Part shown: in pieces, positions 36,566-45,543 of the stretch | Numbering within the stretch: position 1 is the first letter of the stretch | Layout of the letters: each line of letters opens with the position of its first letter | From: Candidatus Gottesmanbacteria bacterium | GTDB taxonomy: Bacteria > Patescibacteriota > Microgenomatia > UBA10105 > UBA927 | Length of the DNA: 64,000 bases | Direction: 5' to 3' | Assembly (NCBI GenBank): GCA_963701185.1 | Contig: OY969569.1 | Span: 859,548-923,547, forward strand | Translations under genes and position numbers: made by a program | The notes under the pieces: generated by a model | The model's database searches: none | Seen by the model: the letters and a program-made list of their open reading frames with translations, nothing else | What the model was told of the DNA's origin: nothing

Positions 36566-36970
36566 ATGCGAAAAATACAGGGTTTTACCATCATTGAACT
36601 GCTCATTGTCATGGGCATTTTTGCCGCGCTCACAGCCATTGGGTACATCCGTTCGGTGGATATTGAGCGGCGTGCTCCCATCGGCGCCACCGTGGACACG
36701 CTTATTGCGGATCTTCGCGGTGTTCAGACGAAAGCCATGATCGGAGTCAATCAAAATAGTTATCGTATTTCTATTCCGTCCTATCCTGCCCCCGCACATA
36801 TTACGATATCCACGACATTTCCGGGGTCCGTTATTGAATTTGCAAAAGGAAGCGGTGATATAACAGGATTTACCGCGGGAAACAACACTGTGACAATTAC
36901 TCAAACGCTTACCGGAGAGCATAAAATCATTACGATTAATCGCTATGGAGCAGTTACATCGGTACAATAA
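36566..36970 (+). CDS. Prepilin-type minor pilin (pseudopilin)
   Basis: MRKIQG|FTIIELLIVMG class III signal with Glu+5. Confidence 0.65.
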   Translation: MRKIQGFTIIELLIVMGIFAALTAIGYIRSVDIERRAPIGATVDTLIADLRGVQTKAMIGVNQNSYRISIPSYPAPAHITISTTFPGSVIEFAKGSGDITGFTAGNNTVTITQTLTGEHKIITINRYGAVTSVQ

Positions 36971-38876
36971 TCAGGGGCAATTGCTGGTAGAACTTCTTGT
37001 CGCGCTCGCCGTTGCGGCAATCCTCATTCCTGCGATTATCACAGGATTTATCGCAACGCGCCAAGGAGTGTCACAGGCGCGGCAGCGGTTGGAAGCGACA
37101 GCCCTCGCCCGGGAAGCGAGTGATGCGGTGCTTATTGTGCGTGATGCAGGGTGGAGTAATGTCGCGATTCCCGGGATATATCATCCGGTCGTTACAGGAG
37201 CCACATGGACGCTTGCCAGCGGATCGGCAGTAGTAAACGGGTATACGGAGTCTCTGGTTATTTCTGATGTGTCCCGTGATACATCGGGCGCCATAGTGAC
37301 GACCGGCGGCACGGTTGACCCCTCGACAAAAAAAATTACGGCAACAGTATCCTGGGGTCTGCCGATTGTGTCATCCGTTGTTGAATCTTTTTATATAACC
37401 CGGCTGACAAACCTTTCATGGATTCAAACCACGCAGGTCGATTTTGACGGAGGGACAAAAAACGGAGTCATTACGACAAATACGTGGGACGGCGAGGTGA
37501 CGTTGGGCGCCGGCGGAAAGGGGGATTGGTGCGGGCCGAATTTATCGATTGCAACCGTGGATCTTCCCAAAAACGGCGTTGCCAATGCGGTAAGCGCTAT
37601 TCCCAATCAGGTGTTTGCCGGAACAGGCGACAATGCATCCGGCGTGTCCTATGCGACCGTCACTATCAATGACGCAGATCCTCCGGTTGCGACAATCTCC
37701 GGTACATTTGACGGATTTAAAACGAATGGGATTTTTGGAGAACAACAATATGCCTACCTGGCTACGGATAATAATGTCAAAGAAATAGAAATAATAAATT
37801 TGACAACGAATCCGTATTCGGAAGCAGGCTATTTTAACGCGCCGGGTCAGGGGAACGGCGATAGTATTTATGTATCGGGCAATGTTGGATACATGACCAG
37901 CGGTACGACATTTTATACATTTGACCTCACGAGCCGGTTGGGCGAACGGTCGACCCTGGGGTCAGTACCCCTCGACGGGAAAGGAGTGAAAATCGTTATT
38001 GTAGGCGCCTACGCGTATGTAGCCATCAGTTCCACAACAACACAAATGGATATCGTGGATATTTCAGATTCAGCAAATCCTAAACTTGTTGCCAAGGCAA
38101 ATCTGAATACAGGAGCAGGAACGGACGTTTTTGTAAATTCGACAGGGACACGGGCATATGTTTCGTCCGTATATACTGCGGGTAAACCGGAGTTTTCAAT
38201 CGTCAATACCTCGATAAAATCCGGAACACTTAGCTCCATCGGGTCATATACGACCGACGGAATGAGCCCCAAAGCAGTCACCATCGTTCCCGGCAATAAG
38301 GCAATTATTGTGGGTACCGGAGGCAGTCAACAATATGTTGTTTTAGACATTCTCGATGAAACCTCCCCTATTCATTGCACAAGTCACGGCAGAAGCGGAG
38401 GACTTGCAATTCCGACTGGCGTCCATGGTGTCGCGTCCGTTATTGAAGCTGACGGCGATACATTTTCATATATCATTACCGGGGATGCTTCTTCGGAATT
38501 AAAGATCATTCAGGGTGGTCCGGGCGGCGCGTATGCGACAAACGGGACCTTTGAGTCCAGTACGCTTACGGCCACAAACAGCGCGGTATTTAACCGTTTT
38601 ATTCCCAATGGATTTGTGTTGCCAAATACGACAATACAGTATCAGGTGGCAGGTGCCGATATGATGGGCGACAGCTGCAACGGGGTAAGTTTTACGTATG
38701 TGGGACCGGACGGAACGGGAAATACGAAGTTCGCGACCGGGAGCGCCATACCGATGTCTCCGGGCCCAGGATACAAAAATCCGGCACAGTGTTTCCGGTA
38801 TAAAGCATTTCTGGCAACATCGGACACGTTTTCCGAGCCGGTATTCACTGATATGACAATAAACTATTCACCATGA
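36945..38876 (+). CDS. Large pilin-like protein: prepilin N-terminus fused to an LVIVD-repeat beta-propeller-like domain
   Basis: NNQG|QLLVELLVALAV prepilin signal; repeated motifs such as YAYVAISS...MDIVDISD and AYVSSVY...FSIVNTS (LVIVD-type). Confidence 0.5.
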   Translation: MEQLHRYNNQGQLLVELLVALAVAAILIPAIITGFIATRQGVSQARQRLEATALAREASDAVLIVRDAGWSNVAIPGIYHPVVTGATWTLASGSAVVNGYTESLVISDVSRDTSGAIVTTGGTVDPSTKKITATVSWGLPIVSSVVESFYITRLTNLSWIQTTQVDFDGGTKNGVITTNTWDGEVTLGAGGKGDWCGPNLSIATVDLPKNGVANAVSAIPNQVFAGTGDNASGVSYATVTINDADPPVATISGTFDGFKTNGIFGEQQYAYLATDNNVKEIEIINLTTNPYSEAGYFNAPGQGNGDSIYVSGNVGYMTSGTTFYTFDLTSRLGERSTLGSVPLDGKGVKIVIVGAYAYVAISSTTTQMDIVDISDSANPKLVAKANLNTGAGTDVFVNSTGTRAYVSSVYTAGKPEFSIVNTSIKSGTLSSIGSYTTDGMSPKAVTIVPGNKAIIVGTGGSQQYVVLDILDETSPIHCTSHGRSGGLAIPTGVHGVASVIEADGDTFSYIITGDASSELKIIQGGPGGAYATNGTFESSTLTATNSAVFNRFIPNGFVLPNTTIQYQVAGADMMGDSCNGVSFTYVGPDGTGNTKFATGSAIPMSPGPGYKNPAQCFRYKAFLATSDTFSEPVFTDMTINYSP

Positions 38877-39346
38877 AAAAACAGGTGGGATTTACCATTG
38901 TTGAGCTTCTCATCTATATGGGTCTTCTGACGATACTCATGACTATTGTGACGCGCCTGTTTACCGCCACAATTGATGTGCAGTTGGCGAGTGAAGCCAT
39001 AGGAGGTGTTGAAGAAGACAGCAGATTCATCTATTCGCGCCTGGCCCATGATCTTTCACGGGCTGACAGTATCGTGACGCCGGCAATCCCCGGTGCAACG
39101 TCGACCTCCTTAACCATCATGGTAGGATCTGTGCCATATACGTATAGTCTCAGCGGAACGAATTTAATGCTGGGATCGGCGTCACTGAATAGCTACATGA
39201 CCGGTATTTCAAATATAACGTTTACCATGCTCGGACCGGATGACGGTAAAAAATCAATACAGGTGAAATATACTGTAACCAGCACGATTCAATCGTCATC
39301 GGGTACGGTTACAAGAAACATAGAGACGACGATTGCACAGCGATGA
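38873..39346 (+). CDS. Prepilin-type minor pilin
   Basis: MKKQVG|FTIVELLIYMG. Confidence 0.65.
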   Translation: MKKQVGFTIVELLIYMGLLTILMTIVTRLFTATIDVQLASEAIGGVEEDSRFIYSRLAHDLSRADSIVTPAIPGATSTSLTIMVGSVPYTYSLSGTNLMLGSASLNSYMTGISNITFTMLGPDDGKKSIQVKYTVTSTIQSSSGTVTRNIETTIAQR

Positions 39347-39723
39347 AAAAGAATCAACAAGGACAAGCTCTGGTTATTCTTCTTGTTTTCATGGTCGTTG
39401 CCATTATCATGACGACCATGGCGGTCGCGCTGGTCAGTATTAACGCCACAGCTGCCAGTCAGGTTGAGCAGGGGGATATGGCGTTGAAACTCGCCGAATC
39501 CGGCGCAGACAACGCGCTTCTTCGCCTGATGCGCAGCCCCGCATATTCCGGCACCGAAACATTTACCCTGGGTTCAGGCCAGGTTACCGCTACCGTTTCG
39601 GGAACCAATCCTATTATAATTATGTCAGAGGGGAGACAGGGTACGTTTGTGCGGACGGCATCTGTTTCGGCAAGTTTCGTCAATACCGTACTGACGGTAC
39701 ATTCCTGGCGGGAGGTATTGTAA
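39343..39723 (+). CDS. PilX-like minor pilin / pilus assembly protein
   Basis: MKKNQQG|QALVILLVF hydrophobic N-terminus without Glu+5. Confidence 0.45.
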   Translation: MKKNQQGQALVILLVFMVVAIIMTTMAVALVSINATAASQVEQGDMALKLAESGADNALLRLMRSPAYSGTETFTLGSGQVTATVSGTNPIIIMSEGRQGTFVRTASVSASFVNTVLTVHSWREVL

Positions 39724-40397
39724 TGTTCAGACAAAGCTCATCCATTGTTGTCGTTTTTATCGACCGGAACCGCCTGCAGTTTTACGGGAGCAGGCTTCCG
39801 GATATTCTGACGCTTGATATACCCGCTACGCTTTCCAAAGATCTGGATATTCTCAACAAAGACGGGTTTTATACATTTGTGAATCAGTGGGTAAAGCAAA
39901 ATAACCTGGGCGGCGCAGTACTTTTTTTTATCCTTTCTCCGATGACGTATTTTGAACGGATTATCACCGCGGCTGAAGAAAGCCGGCAGGAGACAGATAT
40001 CCTGTCATTTTATAATTCCGTGCCGTTTGAGGAGCTTGCAACCAGGGTGTTGACCATAGAGGGGAAAAAGCACGCCATCGCCGCCAACCGCGAATTTATA
40101 GAAAGCATCCGGCATGCATTTATGCTCCAGGGGTATCAGGTAATGAGTGTTGTACCCGCCGTCTTATTGGGGACCCTTTCGGCCAAACGGTGGCTGGATA
40201 AAGAGACGGGAGCATATGTTGTCAAACATATTGAGACGCTTACCGCACAAAACATTGCGGAATCTGATGAACAGAGTATAGCTCCGACCGTTTCCCGTGT
40301 GCCGACGGAGAAAAATAATCCGCGGCTTATGATCATGGTGGGAATATTCGGTGTTCTGCTGTTAGTTCTCATTGTTGTTCTCTTTACACGGCATTAG
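39723..40397 (+). CDS. Hypothetical pilus-locus protein with C-terminal TM anchor
   Basis: 224 aa, single C-terminal TM; follows the pseudopilins. Confidence 0.3.
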   Translation: MFRQSSSIVVVFIDRNRLQFYGSRLPDILTLDIPATLSKDLDILNKDGFYTFVNQWVKQNNLGGAVLFFILSPMTYFERIITAAEESRQETDILSFYNSVPFEELATRVLTIEGKKHAIAANREFIESIRHAFMLQGYQVMSVVPAVLLGTLSAKRWLDKETGAYVVKHIETLTAQNIAESDEQSIAPTVSRVPTEKNNPRLMIMVGIFGVLLLVLIVVLFTRH

Positions 40398-40437
40398 CAC
40401 TTGACAGGTATCATAGGGTACGATACGGTAGAAACAT

Positions 40438-40929
40438 ATGAAACATTACTGTCCCGCCGGGCGTCGTGGTTTTACGCTCATTGAACTTTTAGTTGTCATC
40501 GGGATTTTGGCGGTCCTTTTGGCAATTACATTAATCGCCATAAATCCTGCACGGCAGTTCTCGCAGGCGAATGATACAAAGCGCGCAAGCGACGTCAACG
40601 CGATTCTAAACGCGATTGACCAGTACGCAGCCGATAACAAAGGCGCCCTGCCGGGTGGCGATACTATTCCGACAACGGCAGCTGTTATCGGATCAGCCGT
40701 TGGTCAGGTCGACCTGTGTAGCGCACTGGTTACCAAATATCTTGCTGCGCTTCCGGTCGATCCGTTGACCAATAACGGAACACCGATATCACTGGATCCT
40801 GCGACTGGTGCGTGCCCGACGACGTATAACACCAACTATACGGTGTTTAAAAGCGCTGCGGATAACCGTATAACGGTATCTGCACCGGCAACAGAGATTG
40901 CAGCTCAGGATATCTCCGTGACCAGGTAA
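40438..40929 (+). CDS. pilA: Type IV major pilin (PilA-like)
   Basis: RRG|FTLIELLVVIGILAVLLAI class III signal; small C-terminal domain with a Cys pair. Confidence 0.65.
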   Translation: MKHYCPAGRRGFTLIELLVVIGILAVLLAITLIAINPARQFSQANDTKRASDVNAILNAIDQYAADNKGALPGGDTIPTTAAVIGSAVGQVDLCSALVTKYLAALPVDPLTNNGTPISLDPATGACPTTYNTNYTVFKSAADNRITVSAPATEIAAQDISVTR

Positions 40930-40950
40930 ACAGAGGAATTAAGAGTATAA

Positions 40951-40984
40951 AACAAAAATCCCGCGCAAGCGGGGTTTTTGGTGG
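40951..40984. terminator. Bidirectional intrinsic terminator (copy 1 of an identical 34-bp element)
   Basis: AACAAAAATCCCGCGCAAGCGGGGTTTTTGGTGG: CCCGC-GCAA-GCGGG hairpin with A-run and T-run; between convergent pilA and uppP. Confidence 0.7.
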
Positions 40985-41026
40985 AAAATAAAGTAGTTAT
41001 AAAAAATGCTATAGCATAAAAAATAA

Positions 41027-41782
41027 CTACTTCAAAATAAATATCCAGAATACTGCTGCAGCAACGATTCTGTAAATGGCGAAAGGGATGAAGGTGTGGG
41101 TTTTCACAAACTCGATAAACCATTTCACCGTGATTAGAGCCGTAATGAATGCGCCGATGAAGCCGATGGCCAAGAGTTCATATTGAGATCCGGTAAAATT
41201 CCTGCCGCTTTTTATAAGATCCAGTCCCGTGGCCGCCGCCATCGTGGGGATGGCAAGCAAGAATGAAAATTCCACTGCCTCATCTCGCTTCATTCCGAGG
41301 AGTCTGGCTCCCACAATTGTTGCGGCGGCACGGGAAACGCCGGGAATAACGGAGAGGGATTGGGCGATTCCGATAAGAAAAGCATCGGACAAACTCATTT
41401 TGCGTTGTTTTTCTTTTTGGAATTTTTCAAGAAGTATGAGAAGTACGCCCCCGATTCCCAAACTCCAGACGACAACCCATGGATTTCCCAGTAGTACGTC
41501 TTTAATAAACTTATACAGGACGAGCCCCACGATTGCTGTCGGAATAAATGCAACGGCTACGCGGATGAATGTTTCCTTATCCGTCAATAACTTTTTCCAA
41601 TAGAGAAGTAATACAGCGAGGATTGCCCCAAGCTGGATAATAATTTCAAAACTTTTGACGAAATCCGTTTCAGAAATTTTCAAAATCGTACTTGCCAAAA
41701 TCATATGGCCCGTCGATGAAACGGGGAGAAATTCTGTAACCCCCTCGATTATCGAGAGGATGACTGCCTGAATGAAGGTCAT
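41027..41782 (-). CDS. uppP: Undecaprenyl-diphosphatase UppP/BacA
   Basis: EGVTEFLPVSSTGHMIL signature, 7-8 TM, about 250 aa. Confidence 0.85.
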   Translation of the reverse strand: MTFIQAVILSIIEGVTEFLPVSSTGHMILASTILKISETDFVKSFEIIIQLGAILAVLLLYWKKLLTDKETFIRVAVAFIPTAIVGLVLYKFIKDVLLGNPWVVVWSLGIGGVLLILLEKFQKEKQRKMSLSDAFLIGIAQSLSVIPGVSRAAATIVGARLLGMKRDEAVEFSFLLAIPTMAAATGLDLIKSGRNFTGSQYELLAIGFIGAFITALITVKWFIEFVKTHTFIPFAIYRIVAAAVFWIFILK

Positions 41783-42177
41783 ATATTTTTGAGGAGGTAG
41801 CGCTTTATGTATGTTGCCCCGCCGGTTGTCGTGGTGGTAATAGTAAGCGACGCGCCGGTAATGCCGTAATGCGGTGTACAGACTCCTTTACTGCAGGTGC
41901 CGAAATAAAGATCCCGCGAGTCGTTGCTGCCGCTTGGAACAAATGCCCCGACGACGCCCTGTGGAATGCCGTTGGCGGAATAATTTAATACGTAATCAAA
42001 ACGCGATACACCGGGGATGGCATAAAATGTCGCGATGACGCTATGGGTTCCCCGCGACAGTTTTACGGAGGAATAGACTGCGCGAGCGGCGCGGATGCGT
42101 TTTTTAAGAGCGAAGGCTGGTTTGGAAAAAATAAAGAGTGCGGCTATAATGAGAGTTAATGCAAAAATTTTCTTCAT
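41779..42177 (-). CDS. Secreted hypothetical protein
   Basis: Signal peptide MKKIFALTLIIAALFIFSKPAFA. Confidence 0.4.
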   Translation of the reverse strand: MKKIFALTLIIAALFIFSKPAFALKKRIRAARAVYSSVKLSRGTHSVIATFYAIPGVSRFDYVLNYSANGIPQGVVGAFVPSGSNDSRDLYFGTCSKGVCTPHYGITGASLTITTTTTGGATYIKRYLLKNI

Positions 42178-42734
42178 GGACTAAGTATATCATTATTGCC
42201 GTTCTGGTTATTGTTCTAGCAGGCACCGGAGTGTATATATATTCAAAAAAAAGTATACCAGTGGTTTCGCCGGGCGAGACAGTAACCTCAACACCGACTC
42301 CCACCCCGGCAGTCGAACTGACGACGTGGAACGATCCCGCGGGTTTTTCATTCCAATATCCGAAAGATCTCTCAGTCAATAAACATGAGGAAGATCCGGA
42401 TAATTATGCCCATGTTGAGCTGACAAATAAAGCCCACCCGGGCAGTATTATTGTCTGGGCAAGTGATGTATCATCTGCGTGGCCCCCCAAAGGGGGAACA
42501 CATATTGATACGACTCTGGGCGGTATACCGGCAAAGAAAATCCTTATTGCGAGTCCCAGCGCAAAACTGATTGTCGGGGCAATAAGCGACGGGCTTTTGT
42601 TTAAAATTGAAGGAACGTATGCAGATAAACAGTATTGGCAGCCGATAGAGGATACTGTCATAAAAAGTTTTATGTTTGTCACAGATACGTCTGCACCTGT
42701 CTCCGCGGCGGATGAGGAAGAAGTTGTCCAGTAG
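42159..42734 (+). CDS. Membrane-anchored hypothetical protein
   Basis: N-terminal TM, Thr/Pro linker; 5' end overlaps the divergent gene by 19 nt. Confidence 0.35.
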   Translation: MQKFSSWTKYIIIAVLVIVLAGTGVYIYSKKSIPVVSPGETVTSTPTPTPAVELTTWNDPAGFSFQYPKDLSVNKHEEDPDNYAHVELTNKAHPGSIIVWASDVSSAWPPKGGTHIDTTLGGIPAKKILIASPSAKLIVGAISDGLLFKIEGTYADKQYWQPIEDTVIKSFMFVTDTSAPVSAADEEEVVQ

Positions 42735-42743
42735 CCCCTAATA

Positions 42744-42752
42744 TGGTATACT
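42744..42752 (+). promoter_or_regulatory. Extended -10 promoter TGGTATACT with ~80-nt leader for the RRM protein gene
   Basis: TGnTATACT; downstream SD AAGGAGAAAGGAG. Confidence 0.4.
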
Positions 42753-42834
42753 ATCCCTACCTTGGAAAGAAGTGTGGAAGGCGGTCTCTTTAGGCACGTA
42801 TCCTCTTTAAGTCCTAAGGAGAAAGGAGTCCCAT

Positions 42835-43101
42835 ATGGCAACTAATCTATTTGTAGGGAATCTTCCCTATGCGATGGACAATGACAAACTTGCGCAATTG
42901 TTTGCGGAAGCTGGAACTGTTACAAGCGCAAAAGTGATCTCAGATAAATATTCTGGACGGTCACGCGGTTTCGGATTTGTCGAAATGGCATCCGAAGAGG
43001 AATCGAAGAAAGCTATTGAAATGTTCAATGGCAAAGACGTTGAAGGCAGAGCACTGGTCGTCAACGAAGCCAGACCTCGCGAAGAGCGACCTCGACAATA
43101 A
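42835..43101 (+). CDS. RRM-type RNA-binding protein
   Basis: RNP-2 LFVGNL and RNP-1 RGFGFVEM. Confidence 0.85.
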   Translation: MATNLFVGNLPYAMDNDKLAQLFAEAGTVTSAKVISDKYSGRSRGFGFVEMASEEESKKAIEMFNGKDVEGRALVVNEARPREERPRQ

Positions 43102-43122
43102 TAGTAAGAAATTACAATTATT

Positions 43123-43156
43123 AACAAAAATCCCGCGCAAGCGGGGTTTTTGGTGG
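43123..43156. terminator. Bidirectional intrinsic terminator (copy 2, identical 34 bp)
   Basis: Exact duplicate of 40951-40984. Confidence 0.7.
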
Positions 43157-43171
43157 TAGGAGAGGAAAAAA

Positions 43172-44650
43172 TCACTCGTTTGTTAGTAGTTTAAAGATAA
43201 AATCATTCTTATTAAAACCATAAATGTTCCCTGAATCGAGACTCATTATGAAATTTTTTTCTTGGACAGGTGTTGATGAATAATACACAGCTCCCGTGAA
43301 TTGTATAAGTTTTTCGGATAACACTTTTGGGTTAGAAATACGATAACCTAAATACACGTTAATTTTTCCCTGAAGTTCTGGCTGGAGCCTGCTGTCAGTT
43401 TTTTCTGCTTCAAATTTGCCGCTCAAAAAACTTGTTGGCACCAATGTGATTAAATCTTTATCCGTGTCCAATATACGCAGCCCCGTATTCCAAGCTTGAG
43501 CTTCCGTTACTGATTTTATTTTTTCTTTTGAAATAGAAATGTTGATGAAATCTTTATTCTTTGAAAGTAAATCGTCAATATTTAAATCAGGTATAGTTTG
43601 TGGTAATCTAACATCATAACTTTTTATTTCATTCAGTAAATTTGTTTGAGTATTATAAGCGTAATACGTATTACCGTTGACGTGTTTGTTTTCTGAGTAG
43701 ATGTTGGTATTCGTTTTATTGGATAAATAAATCATGTTGCCAAATATCCAGATATTTTTTATATCCTTTGGCATATTTGAGGGAGATATGAGGTCGGTTT
43801 TCATTCCTTGGGGAGAAATTTTATAGAGATTTAAATATGTGTCATTAATATCTTGAATTTGTGACCATTTGTGCTTAGACGCAATGATATTATTATCTAT
43901 GAACCCGATAAATGAGTCTGAAGTATCATGACAGCCATTCGTATATGCAAAAATATTATTTACGATGTTGCTAGTAAGGTTATAGTTAAATATTTTTCCG
44001 GAGCTCCAGCAGGCATCTCCCGCTTCCTGCATTAAGAGAAATTCATTGTCAGATATAGTTTTTACCAGCTGTGGACGGGAACAATAGATTCCGCAACTCG
44101 CATCGAGTTGAGTTACCCTTATTAGGGTATAAGTTTTTTTATTAAAAAGGTAGCTCCCATAATCCGTATAATTGCTTGCGAACCCAATAAGAAAAAATTT
44201 ACTATTAAGTTCATCAATACTGATATCAAAAGGATTACCTTTGTCTACGGCTGCCTCGAGATCGGTTGGTAATGAAATATTTTTAATTACTTTTGTTTGT
44301 TTATCATATACGTCTAATAATTTTCCATTCTTAAAAATGATTAAATTGGAAAGAATTGGATTTTCTCTAAAATAATTTTCTTCTGTAGACTTAATATTGC
44401 TATATTGATCAATCATGGTGCGATGGATTTGTTTTTCTCCCGTTGTCGTATTAAGTGATATTGTCATGATTGTTTTTATCGGAATTTCTATGTGACCAAC
44501 CTTGTATTGTTTATGGTAGTACCATTTAAAGGAAAATAAGGCTGCGATTATAAATACAACGATGAATGCAAAAATAATAAAAACAGAAAGTTTTTTACCC
44601 TGTTTGATTATTGGTGTTTTCGTAAGTTCAGTGGTTTCAACATTTACCAT
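43172..44650 (-). CDS. AT-rich Asn-rich membrane-anchored hypothetical protein
   Basis: N-terminal TM; GC about 30% versus about 50% in neighbours. Confidence 0.4.
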   Translation of the reverse strand: MVNVETTELTKTPIIKQGKKLSVFIIFAFIVVFIIAALFSFKWYYHKQYKVGHIEIPIKTIMTISLNTTTGEKQIHRTMIDQYSNIKSTEENYFRENPILSNLIIFKNGKLLDVYDKQTKVIKNISLPTDLEAAVDKGNPFDISIDELNSKFFLIGFASNYTDYGSYLFNKKTYTLIRVTQLDASCGIYCSRPQLVKTISDNEFLLMQEAGDACWSSGKIFNYNLTSNIVNNIFAYTNGCHDTSDSFIGFIDNNIIASKHKWSQIQDINDTYLNLYKISPQGMKTDLISPSNMPKDIKNIWIFGNMIYLSNKTNTNIYSENKHVNGNTYYAYNTQTNLLNEIKSYDVRLPQTIPDLNIDDLLSKNKDFINISISKEKIKSVTEAQAWNTGLRILDTDKDLITLVPTSFLSGKFEAEKTDSRLQPELQGKINVYLGYRISNPKVLSEKLIQFTGAVYYSSTPVQEKNFIMSLDSGNIYGFNKNDFIFKLLTNE

Positions 44651-44790
44651 AATATTATTATGGCAGACATGCGATATGAAATAAACTTGTTACGGCGGAG
44701 GAGTGGGAGTGAGGGGCGGCGTGGGGAGCAGCGGCAGCCGGCAACGGCGTCATAACAGGAAATGCGGTTTTTTGGTATAATAATCTTCTT

Positions 44791-45261
44791 ATGTTTCAGA
44801 GCCCTACATTCGGTAATCTCGAACTTTCGGAGATTAGGGAAAAGATTCTTGAATTTTTATTAAAAGACTCTCATGCACAATATCAGCTCGTTGTCGGAAC
44901 CGATTCCCAGCCGCATAACGGGTCGGGGGTGGATTTTGTTACGGCAATCGTTGTCCACAGGCTCGGGACCGGAGGGATTTATTTCTGGAAACGGGTGGTG
45001 AATAAAAAAAAGTACGTGCTGCGGGACCGGATGTATGAGGAGGCGACCATGTCCCTGGAAATGGCGGAAACGGTGTTGACACTTCTGCACCGCGACGGCA
45101 TCACGAAATACGATGTGGAAATTCATGTGGACATCGGAAAATTCGGCGATACGCATGACATGATCAATGAAATAACCGGCATGATCAGGGGATCCGGATA
45201 TCGGGTCAAAATTAAGCCGGAAAGTTACGCAGCCAGTAAAGTTGCGGACAGGTATACGTAA
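44791..45261 (+). CDS. RNase H-like YkuK/DUF458-family protein
   Basis: LVVGTDSQ...VHR...IHVDIG acidic-residue pattern; TGGTATAAT 9 nt upstream of the ATG, so leaderless. Confidence 0.4.
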   Translation: MFQSPTFGNLELSEIREKILEFLLKDSHAQYQLVVGTDSQPHNGSGVDFVTAIVVHRLGTGGIYFWKRVVNKKKYVLRDRMYEEATMSLEMAETVLTLLHRDGITKYDVEIHVDIGKFGDTHDMINEITGMIRGSGYRVKIKPESYAASKVADRYT

Positions 45262-45328
45262 AGACCCTAAAATAATCCTACGTTCCGATCAAATCGGGAC
45301 TTCGGCGGGCGAGGGAGGTGAATAATGC

Positions 45329-45541
45329 ATGAATAACAGATTGTTCCTTTGGCTTGTTGTATTGGCAGGGATCGTCCTTATTGGTTGGGTTTATTTTACA
45401 AAACGGCCATCGTCTCCCGCATCAGTCGATAAAACAGTTGAGGTTTCTCCCACACCGGCAGGGTCTAATCTTGGTCCGCCGGAAGACGTATCGGGCATAC
45501 CCGGTAATGGTTTGGAAAAAGGCGGAGTTCCGTCGAAATAA
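45329..45541 (+). CDS. Small membrane-anchored protein
   Basis: 70 aa, one TM. Confidence 0.3.
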   Translation: MNNRLFLWLVVLAGIVLIGWVYFTKRPSSPASVDKTVEVSPTPAGSNLGPPEDVSGIPGNGLEKGGVPSK

Positions 45542-45543
45542 TA

